A DNA stretch of 64,000 nucleotides, taken from NCBI GenBank assembly GCA_902785275.1, contig CACZYB010000002.1, positions 64,001 to 128,000 on the forward strand, written 5' to 3'. This DNA is from an uncultured Pseudomonadota bacterium (GTDB lineage: Bacteria; Pseudomonadota; Alphaproteobacteria; Rs-D84; CACZYB01). A program made the translations under genes and the position numbers. Below are positions 46,184-55,920 of the stretch, piece by piece. The stretch's first letter is position 1, and each line of letters starts with the position of its first letter. The notes below the pieces were generated by a model, which was given only the letters and a program-made list of their open reading frames with translations, had not been told where the DNA came from and searched no databases.

Positions 46184-47326
46184 TTGTTAAAGTTAAAATT
46201 AAAATCAATGGTACTTATTTTATGCGTAAACATTATGTTTTCGCAAGAGGTTTTTTCTGCTAAAAAGGATAAACAAAGTCTTGCAAAGATAAATAAGGAA
46301 ATTGAAAACAGAAAAAAGGCTACTGAAAAAATCGAACGTGAGCAAAAAAAACTTTCCGAAGAAATTAAGCAAACCCAGCAAAAAATGGTTGAAATTGCTA
46401 ATAATGTTAAGCAATACGAACGAAAACTTTCTGGTTACGACAGGGAACTTTCCGATCTTCAATGGAAGGAACATCTTCTTAACCGTAAAATAGAAGAAAA
46501 CAATACCGAACTTATAAAAATTATTGCAGTTTTCGAAAATATATCACAGGTACCAAAGGGATACTTGATTATTTCTCCAAAACGTATTGATACAGTTTTC
46601 CATAGTTCTATTTTGCTTCGAAGCCTTGTTGATGAGCTTAATCGTTCCACCGTTGTTTATCGTCAGGATTTAGAGGATTTAATAAAGACAAAGGATGAAA
46701 TTACTGTGGCAAAGGTTTCTATTCATTCCTTAACAAAAAAGGTTAGGGGGGAGAAAAACAAGATTGCCGATTTGATTAAAACTAAAAAATCAACCCAGAA
46801 AAAACTATCAAACGAACAGGAAAAAAATAAACGTGAAATTAAACGTTTGATTGCTGAATCTAAAACTATTGAAGAATTTATTAAAAAGGCCGAAAAGTTA
46901 AGAAAAGAGCAAGAAAGAAAAAAGACTCAACAAACAAAAATTTCATCAAAATTGATACGAAAGGCAACTGGTGTTGCACCACTTCCAGTTAGTGGTAATA
47001 TCACCGTTTACTTTGGCGAACATACCAAAAAGGGTATTACATCAAAGGGTGTTTATATAAAGCCTCGTTCTAATTCACAGGTTGTATCTCCAGCTGATTC
47101 GGATGTCGTATTTTCCGGAAGCTTCTATGGTTTTAAGAACTTGCTTATTCTCCACTCCTCCGATGATTACTATATAATCCTTGGTGGTATGAAGGAGATT
47201 TTTGCCGAGGAAGGTCAATCACTCCTTACCGGTGAACCAATCGGTGAAATGGGTGATGCTGAACTTTATATTGAAATAAGGGATAAGGAAACCCCAATAA
47301 ATCCATTGAAATACTTTAAGTTTTAG
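46184..47326 (+). CDS. EnvC-like murein hydrolase activator (coiled coil plus degenerate M23 domain)
   Basis: Signal peptide, long coiled coil, LPVSGNI..FG..KGVYI..LLILH..LYIEIR..PINP without M23 Zn ligands. Confidence 0.85.
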   Translation: MLKLKLKSMVLILCVNIMFSQEVFSAKKDKQSLAKINKEIENRKKATEKIEREQKKLSEEIKQTQQKMVEIANNVKQYERKLSGYDRELSDLQWKEHLLNRKIEENNTELIKIIAVFENISQVPKGYLIISPKRIDTVFHSSILLRSLVDELNRSTVVYRQDLEDLIKTKDEITVAKVSIHSLTKKVRGEKNKIADLIKTKKSTQKKLSNEQEKNKREIKRLIAESKTIEEFIKKAEKLRKEQERKKTQQTKISSKLIRKATGVAPLPVSGNITVYFGEHTKKGITSKGVYIKPRSNSQVVSPADSDVVFSGSFYGFKNLLILHSSDDYYIILGGMKEIFAEEGQSLLTGEPIGEMGDAELYIEIRDKETPINPLKYFKF

Positions 47327-47362
47327 TAAATATTCCTTTGGTGTTTCTTTGACTTAAATATA

Positions 47363-47391
47363 TTGACAATCCCCTGAACATTTATTAAAAT
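47363..47391 (+). promoter_or_regulatory. Putative sigma70 promoter
   Basis: TTGACA-17 bp-TAAAAT. Confidence 0.65.
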
Positions 47392-47419
47392 ATAACAGTT
47401 TTAATAAGAGGAAAGTGAA

Positions 47420-47908
47420 ATGATTAAATTATTATTTTTTATGTTAATGTTTTTTCCATCAGTTATTGCAAAGGCAAATCCAGCGTGTGCAGTTTGTACC
47501 GTTGCTATGGGGGCATTTTTGGGTATTTCCCGTGCTCTTGGAATTTCTGATAATGCAACTGGTGTTTGGATTGGTGGTCTTCTTTTGATGACCTATTATT
47601 TTACAATAAAGTTTGTTGAATATAAAAAATGGACATTCAAGTTTTATCATATTTTCTGGGGTTTAATGACATTACTTCTTGTACCAGTTATGTATAAATT
47701 TGTAACCTATAAATTTGATACATTTTTTGGGATTGATGCGTTTTTGGTAAGTATGATTTCCGGTGCATTTGCATTCTGGCTCTCACAATTTATTTATCAA
47801 AAAATGAAAACAGCAAACGGTGGTCATGCACACTTTCCATTTGAAAAGGTTGTAATGGCTATTATATTCTTACTTGTTACATCAGTGATATTTAATTATT
47901 TACCATAG
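47420..47908 (+). CDS. Hypothetical membrane protein with CxxC after the signal peptide
   Basis: ANPACAVCTVA, several TM segments, GHAHFPFEK. Confidence 0.85.
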   Translation: MIKLLFFMLMFFPSVIAKANPACAVCTVAMGAFLGISRALGISDNATGVWIGGLLLMTYYFTIKFVEYKKWTFKFYHIFWGLMTLLLVPVMYKFVTYKFDTFFGIDAFLVSMISGAFAFWLSQFIYQKMKTANGGHAHFPFEKVVMAIIFLLVTSVIFNYLP

Positions 47909-47920
47909 GAGGATTAGGTT

Positions 47921-48529
47921 ATGAAAAAAGATAAAAGAGAAAAAAGTTTAAAGGAATTTGTTGAAAAAATTGATAATATGAAAAAGGTTAATCCAAAGGA
48001 TTTGTCATCCGATCAGGATTTATCAATTGCAATTATGAATTTGATTTCAATCGAAGAACATCTTATCTTTTCTGGTGCAAAAACTGGAAAAACTTCTTTT
48101 TATGATTTAATCGAAGAAATCCGAGATATGCGTAAAACTTTGATGCAAAAAATGATAAAGGAATACGAAGGTGAAGTTTGGTGTATTTCAAAGCATTTAC
48201 TTGGTTCCGCATATCGTTTAATGGAGGTTGGTACAAAGCAACAATCTATGGGTAACACAGAAGAAGCTTATGATTTATTCGATAAAGCATACGAACTTTA
48301 TTGTCTTTTCTGGGGTTTAAATATGAATGCAATCAACTTGAAAGATGTTGAGTGGGTAAAGGATGCTGGTGTTGATGTAAAGGAAATACAATCACATCTT
48401 GATAACCTCAAAATTGCAAACCAAGATGTAAAGGTTTCAAAATCTGTTGCAAAGACAGAAAAGAAATCAAGCAAGATTTCAAAATTAAAGGATGCTGTTA
48501 AAAAGGCTGTAAATTGCTGTATTGAATAG
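47921..48529 (+). CDS. Hypothetical helical protein with C-terminal Cys-Cys
   Basis: AGGAGG RBS; MNLISIEEH, WCISKHLL, ends NCCIE. Confidence 0.85.
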   Translation: MKKDKREKSLKEFVEKIDNMKKVNPKDLSSDQDLSIAIMNLISIEEHLIFSGAKTGKTSFYDLIEEIRDMRKTLMQKMIKEYEGEVWCISKHLLGSAYRLMEVGTKQQSMGNTEEAYDLFDKAYELYCLFWGLNMNAINLKDVEWVKDAGVDVKEIQSHLDNLKIANQDVKVSKSVAKTEKKSSKISKLKDAVKKAVNCCIE

Positions 48530-48552
48530 CTTTTATTTAATTTGCAAGATAT

Positions 48553-48589
48553 AAAAAATCCCCACCGTTTCGATGGGGATAATTTTTTT
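48553..48589. terminator. Bidirectional intrinsic terminator
   Basis: ATCCCCACCG-ttt-CGATGGGGAT flanked by A and T runs. Confidence 0.7.
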
Positions 48590-48595
48590 CATACC

Positions 48596-50341
48596 CTATA
48601 CATTTTTCCAATAACACAAATGTTTTTTAGGGGAAAGTGAAAGATATTTAAACCATTCATTTTTATATACATGAGGACAATTCGAATTCCATGGTTTTTT
48701 ATCCCCAGAATAATGAATAATTACAGGCTTTGTTTTTGCAAATGCAACTTCTTCATTTGAATAACACCAAACAGGTCTTGAATCATCAAAAACTTCTGTC
48801 TGAAGATTAAATTTTAATTCAAGCAATCTGTAATTACCTTCTATCGCCATATTGAAAACTCTGCTTGTTGTGTTTTCTTTAATGAATACTTCAAGATTTT
48901 TTCTTGCATATACTGCCTTGTCGACAATGTTATCTTTTCTCATTAAAGGAATATTCATAAGAATAACGCCAGTATTAAAATAGTTCTGTACATTTATAAA
49001 TTTTATAATACGGCCTTTTTCTTCTGATTGTCCCGCCTGTTCCACAACGGCAACATAATTCTTCTTTATCCTTTTATTGTAAAGCTCGTTAATCGAAGAA
49101 GTTATAATTGTATCATTATCTAGATAAAGACATCTTTCCAACTTGCTTGCAATTTCAGGGATTAAGAATTTATAAACAGAAACATCATTGCTTACATTTC
49201 CCAATTTTTTAATAAGTTTTGGTGGAATTTTTACAAATTCGATATTGTGTTTTTCAAATGAAATCCTTGATTTTAAACTTTCCAAATTTTCAAGTTTTTT
49301 ATATACAATATGGAAATTAAAAATTTCATCACTGTTCGCATTTTCTACCAAAGATGTCATGGAAACAATCATTGGTTCAATATTTTTACTGTCTACTGTA
49401 TAAAAAATATCATAGTTTTTTGTTTTTAAAAATGGACCATCATCGTCATCATCATCGAAATTTGAAAGATCTAAATTAAGGCTATTACCCAACTCTATCA
49501 TCTTTAATTTCAAAGATTTTTCAATAATGTTGGTATAGTAAACTTTCTTTGTTTCCTTCAAATCATCCATTGTTCTGTAATACTTTTCCAATTTGTATTT
49601 ATGAACAAACTTTCTTACATCATCAATGGCAACCAAAACATCAAGATTTTTTTTGCTAAGCTGTTTTGCAGTAACACCACTTTCGTTTCTGAAATGGTTA
49701 TAAAGCTTTTCATGTACACAAGAGCAAGTCTGAGATACTGCTAAATATTTGTATATAAAAGCTTCATCTTCCGCAGACTTTGTATCCGGACATCTTATCT
49801 TATATCTATCAATGATGCTTTTTTTGAAAATTTTATTCCAAAGAACACAGGAAATACTGAAAAATGTATCCCAAGTTATAGGTATAAGCTTTTCTTCTGG
49901 AACATTAATTGCCCATGAAAATTTTTCTAATAAAAGTCTTTCTTTTAACTTTTCATCATAAGAAACGCATGTCTTACATAAAGCCAAGTCAGATTGGTCG
50001 GTTTCTATTGCATCAACCATTGTTTCAACCATAGCCTTGTCATACCAATCATCACTATCGCACCACATAACATATTTACCACAAGCCATATCCAAAGCAT
50101 AGTTTCTGGTGTATGCGATTCCCTTATTCTTTTTGTTTGTTAAAACAACAATTCTTTTATCTTTTTTCTGGTATTCATATAATATAGCAGCAGATTCATC
50201 CTTTGATCCATCATTCACACAAATAATTTCAATATTTTGATAAGTCTGAGCCAAAAGACTATCCAAAGTTTTTTTCAATGTTTTATCAGCATTGTATACA
50301 GGTACAATAATAGAAACAAGCTTCTGTTTAGTCTTAATCAT
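48596..50341 (-). CDS. GT2-GT8 fused glycosyltransferase
   Basis: GT2 VSIIVPVYN, NDGSKD, DSDD; GT8 LYLDND, YFNTGV, IIHYSGDKKPW. Confidence 0.92.
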   Translation of the reverse strand: MIKTKQKLVSIIVPVYNADKTLKKTLDSLLAQTYQNIEIICVNDGSKDESAAILYEYQKKDKRIVVLTNKKNKGIAYTRNYALDMACGKYVMWCDSDDWYDKAMVETMVDAIETDQSDLALCKTCVSYDEKLKERLLLEKFSWAINVPEEKLIPITWDTFFSISCVLWNKIFKKSIIDRYKIRCPDTKSAEDEAFIYKYLAVSQTCSCVHEKLYNHFRNESGVTAKQLSKKNLDVLVAIDDVRKFVHKYKLEKYYRTMDDLKETKKVYYTNIIEKSLKLKMIELGNSLNLDLSNFDDDDDDGPFLKTKNYDIFYTVDSKNIEPMIVSMTSLVENANSDEIFNFHIVYKKLENLESLKSRISFEKHNIEFVKIPPKLIKKLGNVSNDVSVYKFLIPEIASKLERCLYLDNDTIITSSINELYNKRIKKNYVAVVEQAGQSEEKGRIIKFINVQNYFNTGVILMNIPLMRKDNIVDKAVYARKNLEVFIKENTTSRVFNMAIEGNYRLLELKFNLQTEVFDDSRPVWCYSNEEVAFAKTKPVIIHYSGDKKPWNSNCPHVYKNEWFKYLSLSPKKHLCYWKNV

Positions 50342-50356
50342 CTCACCTTTTCCTTA

Positions 50357-51361
50357 TTAAACTTTTTCTTCCGATTGTAATTTTACTTCATTAAAATCAT
50401 CAAGATTGTTATCTCTGATTATACGTTTTACATCTAAAATATATTTATTCTTTTCAGTAGAATAGTGAATCATAGAGCTCATAAGCCATCTTCCAAACAA
50501 AGGTTTATTTTGTTCACGAAGCTTTGCACGCATCTTTCTGAACCCTGCATAATAACGTGTTCTGTTAAGGTTGTTTGCATAGCTATTTACTGAATCATAA
50601 AGGGTAGGGAATGTCTTAATTCTGTGGATAAGTCCAGTTTTTCTTGCCCTTGGAAGCATACCTTCACCGCCCCATGTCCATTCTGCGAATATAGAGTTTC
50701 CCTTTATCAAAAATCTTGATTCGCCCCATCCGGTTTCCTGAATTGCCTGTCCTAAAGCCATAGATACAGAAATTTCATCTAATTTTGTAAGAATATCGTT
50801 AATATCTTTAGTTTCGGTCTTATATTCTTCCTGTACATACTTAAAGAATTCATTTTCCTCAGCCGAAAGCTTTTTCTTTTTCTCAAATTTTTCCTTAATT
50901 TTCAAAAGCTTTTCTCTGTTTGCCTTTAATTCTTCATTTTTCTTTAAAATAAGAGGCAAAAGGAATTTTATAAACAAATCCTTTTTTTCTTTTGGTGATT
51001 CTATCATATTAAAGTCATCAGGAAGGGATTGTATAAAGATTCTTGGAACATCAATCTCTCTATTTCTTATTTTTTCCAAATCATACCCTGAATCAAGGAA
51101 TAATTGCTGCATTTTTCGGTATGATGTTATATGAGAATTAGTATCATATACGACCATAGTGCCTGAAATTACGGCAATAATCACAAAAATCAAGCTTGCG
51201 ATATAAAGAGGAATAAACTCGGATTTAAAGAACTTTCTGGATACAAAATTCCATCTTAATTTAAAATGATGTACTATAAAGTTAAAGAAAACAACCCATA
51301 AATTTGGCTTTTTTATAGGAATAACTTTAATATTTTTATCTTTTCGTCTCATCTTTTTCAT
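50357..51361 (-). CDS. Membrane-anchored Bax-like glucosaminidase (GH73)
   Basis: KKDLFIKFLLP, QAIQETGWGESRF...NSIFAEW, SVNSYANNLN, HYS. Confidence 0.88.
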   Translation of the reverse strand: MKKMRRKDKNIKVIPIKKPNLWVVFFNFIVHHFKLRWNFVSRKFFKSEFIPLYIASLIFVIIAVISGTMVVYDTNSHITSYRKMQQLFLDSGYDLEKIRNREIDVPRIFIQSLPDDFNMIESPKEKKDLFIKFLLPLILKKNEELKANREKLLKIKEKFEKKKKLSAEENEFFKYVQEEYKTETKDINDILTKLDEISVSMALGQAIQETGWGESRFLIKGNSIFAEWTWGGEGMLPRARKTGLIHRIKTFPTLYDSVNSYANNLNRTRYYAGFRKMRAKLREQNKPLFGRWLMSSMIHYSTEKNKYILDVKRIIRDNNLDDFNEVKLQSEEKV

Positions 51362-51472
51362 ATTTTCAGAATTATTATAAATTTTTTTTATTGTTTGTAA
51401 AGAACTAAATTTTTGATAAAATTGAAAAAAAATGATGACTCTTTGAAATAAGGGTGTTATAAATATAAAACG

Positions 51473-52375
51473 TTGAATATGGGGGCTATTTTGAATAAAT
51501 TAAGTACATCAAAAGCATTAAAGATTCAAATGATAAAAAAGCTTGTTCGCAAGATCTTTGTTATCATGTTTATTATCTTCTCTTTTATCCTTATATTCAT
51601 AGGAAAACCTGACAATATAATCATAAGTAAAACCAGTGGTGTTGTATCCGATGTTATATCACCATTTGTAAAGGTTATTTCATATCCAATATATGTTGTC
51701 GGTACATTCATAAGTGATGTTAAAAATTTCCGTTCTGTTGATGCTCAAAATCAGGAATTGAAAAAAGAAGTTTCTAGATTAAAGGAACAATTAAACTATT
51801 TCAAACAAGTAGAAGTTGAAAACCAACAATTAAGAAAGATGAATAATTATACAACAAACGGTGTTAATTATTTGCTTTCTTCAAGGGTACTTGGTTCAAG
51901 TGGTTCTGGTTTTACCCGTACATTTTTTGTTGATGCCGGTGCAAAAGATGGTGTAAAGAAATACCAAGGTGTTATTGTTGATGGCTATCTTGTTGGTCAA
52001 ATAAATTCCGTTGGAAGCAATTATTCAAAGATGATTCTTTTATCCGATGCTTCATCCAAAATACCGGTACAGGTTGAACGAACAAAAACTCGTGCTTTTT
52101 TAATTGGCGATAACACAAACTATCCACAGCTTGCCCATTTTGAAAAACAGGAACCTGTACAAATTGGTGACGTTATTGTAACTTCTGGTATGGGGGAAAA
52201 TTTGCCTGCTGGTCTTCCTATTGGTATCGTTGGAAGTATAAGTGAGGACAACGGAATAATTGTTCAACCTTTTGTAAGTGAGTCAAATATCGACTATATA
52301 AAGATTATAAAAACTTCACACACAGAAGGTTTAAAGAACTTCCTTTTGGAAAATAAGAATGCAGGTGAGGGATAA
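51473..52375 (+). CDS. mreC: Rod shape-determining protein MreC (exact start uncertain)
   Basis: TM, coiled coil ENQQLR, DAGAKDGV, LVGQI, GDVIVTSG, LPIG. Confidence 0.93.
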   Translation: MNMGAILNKLSTSKALKIQMIKKLVRKIFVIMFIIFSFILIFIGKPDNIIISKTSGVVSDVISPFVKVISYPIYVVGTFISDVKNFRSVDAQNQELKKEVSRLKEQLNYFKQVEVENQQLRKMNNYTTNGVNYLLSSRVLGSSGSGFTRTFFVDAGAKDGVKKYQGVIVDGYLVGQINSVGSNYSKMILLSDASSKIPVQVERTKTRAFLIGDNTNYPQLAHFEKQEPVQIGDVIVTSGMGENLPAGLPIGIVGSISEDNGIIVQPFVSESNIDYIKIIKTSHTEGLKNFLLENKNAGEG

Positions 52376-52377
52376 AA

Positions 52378-52893
52378 TTGGTTCGTAAAAGTAAATACAA
52401 GTGGTTATTTTCATTCCTTTCTCACCAAATTCCATGGGTAAGTAGTTTCTTTATTCTTGTATTTTCTTTTGTGTTTATACCTTGCTGTAATGTAAAGTCG
52501 ACACTTGTACTTATTCCAATATTTTTTTGGGGAATGCAAAAAACAAAGTCATTCGATTTTATTTCAGTGATGCTTTTCGGCTTTCTTCAAGACTTTTTGG
52601 ATGGAACCCAATTCGGTTTCAATATGTTTATTTTTTTAAGTACATATTTTGTGGTTTACTATCAAAAATTTTTCCCACTTGATGAATCATTTACATTTTC
52701 ATATTTAGCATTCAGTATAGTTACACTTGCATTGATTTTGCTTAAATATTGTGTGATTTCAAGTATGTTTGTGGAAAATATAAACTTGCTTAATATTTTG
52801 GTAAGTTGGGCCGTATTGATTTTATGGTACCCAATATTTTTCATTATTTTAAAAAAATTGGATGAACGTTTTGTAAGGAAGTATAATGCGTGA
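52378..52893 (+). CDS. mreD: Rod shape-determining protein MreD
   Basis: Polytopic, IFFWG, FGFLQDFLDG; lies between mreC and mrdA. Confidence 0.85.
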   Translation: MVRKSKYKWLFSFLSHQIPWVSSFFILVFSFVFIPCCNVKSTLVLIPIFFWGMQKTKSFDFISVMLFGFLQDFLDGTQFGFNMFIFLSTYFVVYYQKFFPLDESFTFSYLAFSIVTLALILLKYCVISSMFVENINLLNILVSWAVLILWYPIFFIILKKLDERFVRKYNA

Positions 52894-54715
52894 TGCGGAG
52901 TTGATTAAAGTTTTTAACAGACGCGCCCTTCTTGTTGCAGGAGGGGAGCTTTTCCTTTTTTCGATTTTGGCTGGTCGTCTTTATCAACTTCAAATTTTGG
53001 ACAGTGAAAAATATAAAAAACTTTCCCAAAAAAATAGTGTAAGAATAAAACTTATTCCTCCTCCTCGTGGTGTTATTGCCGATAGGTTTGGTATCGAACT
53101 TGCCGTAAATGTAAACAGCTATGGTATCCAGATGATACCAGAGGAAGTTACTGCACAGGGCTTATCGGTTGAGGAAATTTTAAATCGTATTTCCGAACTT
53201 ATTCCACTTACTGAAAAGGAAAAAGAAAAGGTTCTTAAGAACGTAAAAAAGAAACGTGCCTTTTTCCCTGTATTTATAAAAAATAATTTGGGTTGGAATG
53301 AAATGGCAAAAATTCAGGTAAACAACCTTGACTTTACCGGTGTTTATGTGGAAGAGGGTAAACGTCGTTACTATCCATTTGATGAAATTGCAGCCCATGT
53401 TATTGGATATGTTTCTGATGTAACAGAACAAGAGCTTAAAAACGATCCGTCCCCAATACTTCAGCTTCCTGATTTCAAAACAGGAAAGGCTGGTATCGAA
53501 AAATTGATGGATAAGGAACTTCGTGGTGAAGTTGGTGAAACAATTCAGGTTGTTAATGCAAGCGGTCGTGTAATTGAAACTTTGGATGATAAAAAGAAAA
53601 AGGCTATACCTGGAGAACGTATTAATCTTACCATTGATAAACGATTACAGGAATTTGCATACAATCGTATCCATGATGAAAGTGCCAGTGCAGTTGTTAT
53701 GGATATTTACAATGGAGATATTTTGATGATGATTTCCGTTCCATCATATAATCCAAATATCTTTTTGGATGAGGATGTTTCCGCCAAAAAATTTGAAAAG
53801 CTTTTCACAAATCCTCGTCATCCATTTATAAACAAAGCTATTGAGGGGCTATATTCCCCAGGTTCTACATTCAAGATGATGACTGCACTTGCGGCTCTTG
53901 CTGATGGAAAGCTTAATGCAAATACAAGGATTAAGTGTACCGGTCATATGGACTATGGTGATGCACGTTACCATTGTTGGAATACTGCGGGTCATGGCGT
54001 TTTAAATTTGGAACAATCACTTCTTCATTCATGCGATATTTTCTATTATACTTTGGCAACAAAGGTAAGTATGGATGTAATTCAGGATATGGCATACAAG
54101 TTTGGTCTTGGCGAATATACAGGTATTGAACTTGCCAATGAAAAGAAAGGTCAAGTTCCAGGTCGTGAATGGAAACGTAATTACAAAAGTGAAACATGGT
54201 ACACCGGTGATACAATTACAGCATCTATCGGACAGGGGTATACTTTGGTGACACCACTTCAACTTGCTGTTATGACTTCACGAATTGCAAATGGTGGTTT
54301 CGCGGTAAAGCCAAGAATTATAAAAGGTAAAAATGATTCTAATATAATATTCCCATCATTAAATGTTGATCCACATCATCTTAATATGATAAGAAAGGGA
54401 ATGTTCTCTGTTGTAAACAAGCCAAACGGTACCGGAAAAACAGCATACTTTGATTTTAAGGGGAACCATATGGCTGGAAAAACTGGAACAACACAGGTTA
54501 AACGTATTACTCGTGAAGAACGTGCCAGAGGTGTGATAAGACAGGAAGATTTGCCGTGGAAATACAGAAACCATGCTTTGTTTGTTGGTTATGCTCCATA
54601 TAAAAACCCAAGGTTCGCGGTAAGTGTTGTTGTTGAACACGGAATGTCTGGTTCTGGTGCGGCTGCGCCTATTGCTCGTGATCTTATGATGAAAACATTG
54701 GAACTTTATTTATAG
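52886..54715 (+). CDS. mrdA: Penicillin-binding protein 2
   Basis: PPRGVIADR, SPGSTFK (SxxK), SCD, KTGT. Confidence 0.96.
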   Translation: MRDAELIKVFNRRALLVAGGELFLFSILAGRLYQLQILDSEKYKKLSQKNSVRIKLIPPPRGVIADRFGIELAVNVNSYGIQMIPEEVTAQGLSVEEILNRISELIPLTEKEKEKVLKNVKKKRAFFPVFIKNNLGWNEMAKIQVNNLDFTGVYVEEGKRRYYPFDEIAAHVIGYVSDVTEQELKNDPSPILQLPDFKTGKAGIEKLMDKELRGEVGETIQVVNASGRVIETLDDKKKKAIPGERINLTIDKRLQEFAYNRIHDESASAVVMDIYNGDILMMISVPSYNPNIFLDEDVSAKKFEKLFTNPRHPFINKAIEGLYSPGSTFKMMTALAALADGKLNANTRIKCTGHMDYGDARYHCWNTAGHGVLNLEQSLLHSCDIFYYTLATKVSMDVIQDMAYKFGLGEYTGIELANEKKGQVPGREWKRNYKSETWYTGDTITASIGQGYTLVTPLQLAVMTSRIANGGFAVKPRIIKGKNDSNIIFPSLNVDPHHLNMIRKGMFSVVNKPNGTGKTAYFDFKGNHMAGKTGTTQVKRITREERARGVIRQEDLPWKYRNHALFVGYAPYKNPRFAVSVVVEHGMSGSGAAAPIARDLMMKTLELYL

Positions 54716-54726
54716 GGAGAAAAGAA

Positions 54727-55917
54727 ATGCTTGATTACTCAGTTATGAAAAAAAGTGATAGAATGAATGTCTTTTCCAAGTTTTTATGTTTGAATTGGCG
54801 CTTGGTATTTCTTCTTCTTTGCCTTTGCAGTGTTGGTATTATGATTCTTTACAGTGCGGGAAAGGCTGAATGTGCTGATCAATTCAAATGTTTAATCAGT
54901 TATGGAAGCTGGACTCCATGGGCTCTTTCTCAAATTCCAAAAATTCTAATTGGTTTTTTAATACTTTTCATTGTTGCAGTTGTTGATTTAAAGGTATGGG
55001 TAAAGTATGCATACTGGATCTACGGTGTATCTGTCGTACTCTTAATTGGAGTTATGTTCTTCGGTCATGTTGGTATGGGTGCACAACGTTGGCTTAATAT
55101 TGGTTTTATGAAAATACAGCCATCAGAACTTATGAAAATTGCGCTTGTCCTTGCCTTGGCAAAGTATTTTGCAGCCCTAAGTATAAATGAAATTCACAGT
55201 AACTATTACCTTATATTCCCTGCATTTTTGGTATTATTACCTGTTGGACTTGTTTTACAACAACCTGATCTTGGAACTGCGATGACATTGGTACTTGTAT
55301 CTGGTATAGTTTTCTTTATCGCAGGTGTGCAAATGTGGAAATTTGGAACAATTTTCCTTGTCGTTTTATTGTCATTTCCTATTATTTGGAAATACGGACT
55401 TCACCCTTATCAAAAACAAAGAATTATTATTTTTATGAATCCGGAAAAGGATATTATGGGTTCCGGTTACCACATTACCCAATCAAAAATTACACTTGGT
55501 TCTGGTGGTTTCTGGGGAAAGGGATATTTGAATGGTACACAAAGCCACTTAAATTTCTTGCCTGAAAAACAAACCGATTTTATTTTCACTATGTTTGCTG
55601 AGGAGTTTGGAATGTTTGGTTGCCTATGTCTTTTTGCATTGATTATTGCAATACTTTGGCAATGTTTCCGAGTTTCATTCGTAAGCCGTAACAATTTCGG
55701 AAAGCTGTTGACGTTGGGGCTTGGTGCAAACTTCTTTATCTATTTCTTTATAAATACAGCAATGGTTATGGGATTGCTCCCTGTAGTTGGCGTTCCTTCA
55801 CCACTTCTATCCTATGGTGGAACAGCGATGATGACCTTGCTTTTGGGTTTTGGCTTGATTGAGTGTTGCTTTGTTCACAGTGATATGCTCATCAGTTCAA
55901 AAAGCGATTATTTATAA
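54727..55917 (+). CDS. rodA: Rod shape-determining SEDS protein RodA
   Basis: GAQRW, QPSELMK, QPDLGT, LPEKQTDFIF, SYGG. Confidence 0.96.
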   Translation: MLDYSVMKKSDRMNVFSKFLCLNWRLVFLLLCLCSVGIMILYSAGKAECADQFKCLISYGSWTPWALSQIPKILIGFLILFIVAVVDLKVWVKYAYWIYGVSVVLLIGVMFFGHVGMGAQRWLNIGFMKIQPSELMKIALVLALAKYFAALSINEIHSNYYLIFPAFLVLLPVGLVLQQPDLGTAMTLVLVSGIVFFIAGVQMWKFGTIFLVVLLSFPIIWKYGLHPYQKQRIIIFMNPEKDIMGSGYHITQSKITLGSGGFWGKGYLNGTQSHLNFLPEKQTDFIFTMFAEEFGMFGCLCLFALIIAILWQCFRVSFVSRNNFGKLLTLGLGANFFIYFFINTAMVMGLLPVVGVPSPLLSYGGTAMMTLLLGFGLIECCFVHSDMLISSKSDYL

Positions 55918-55920
55918 GAT

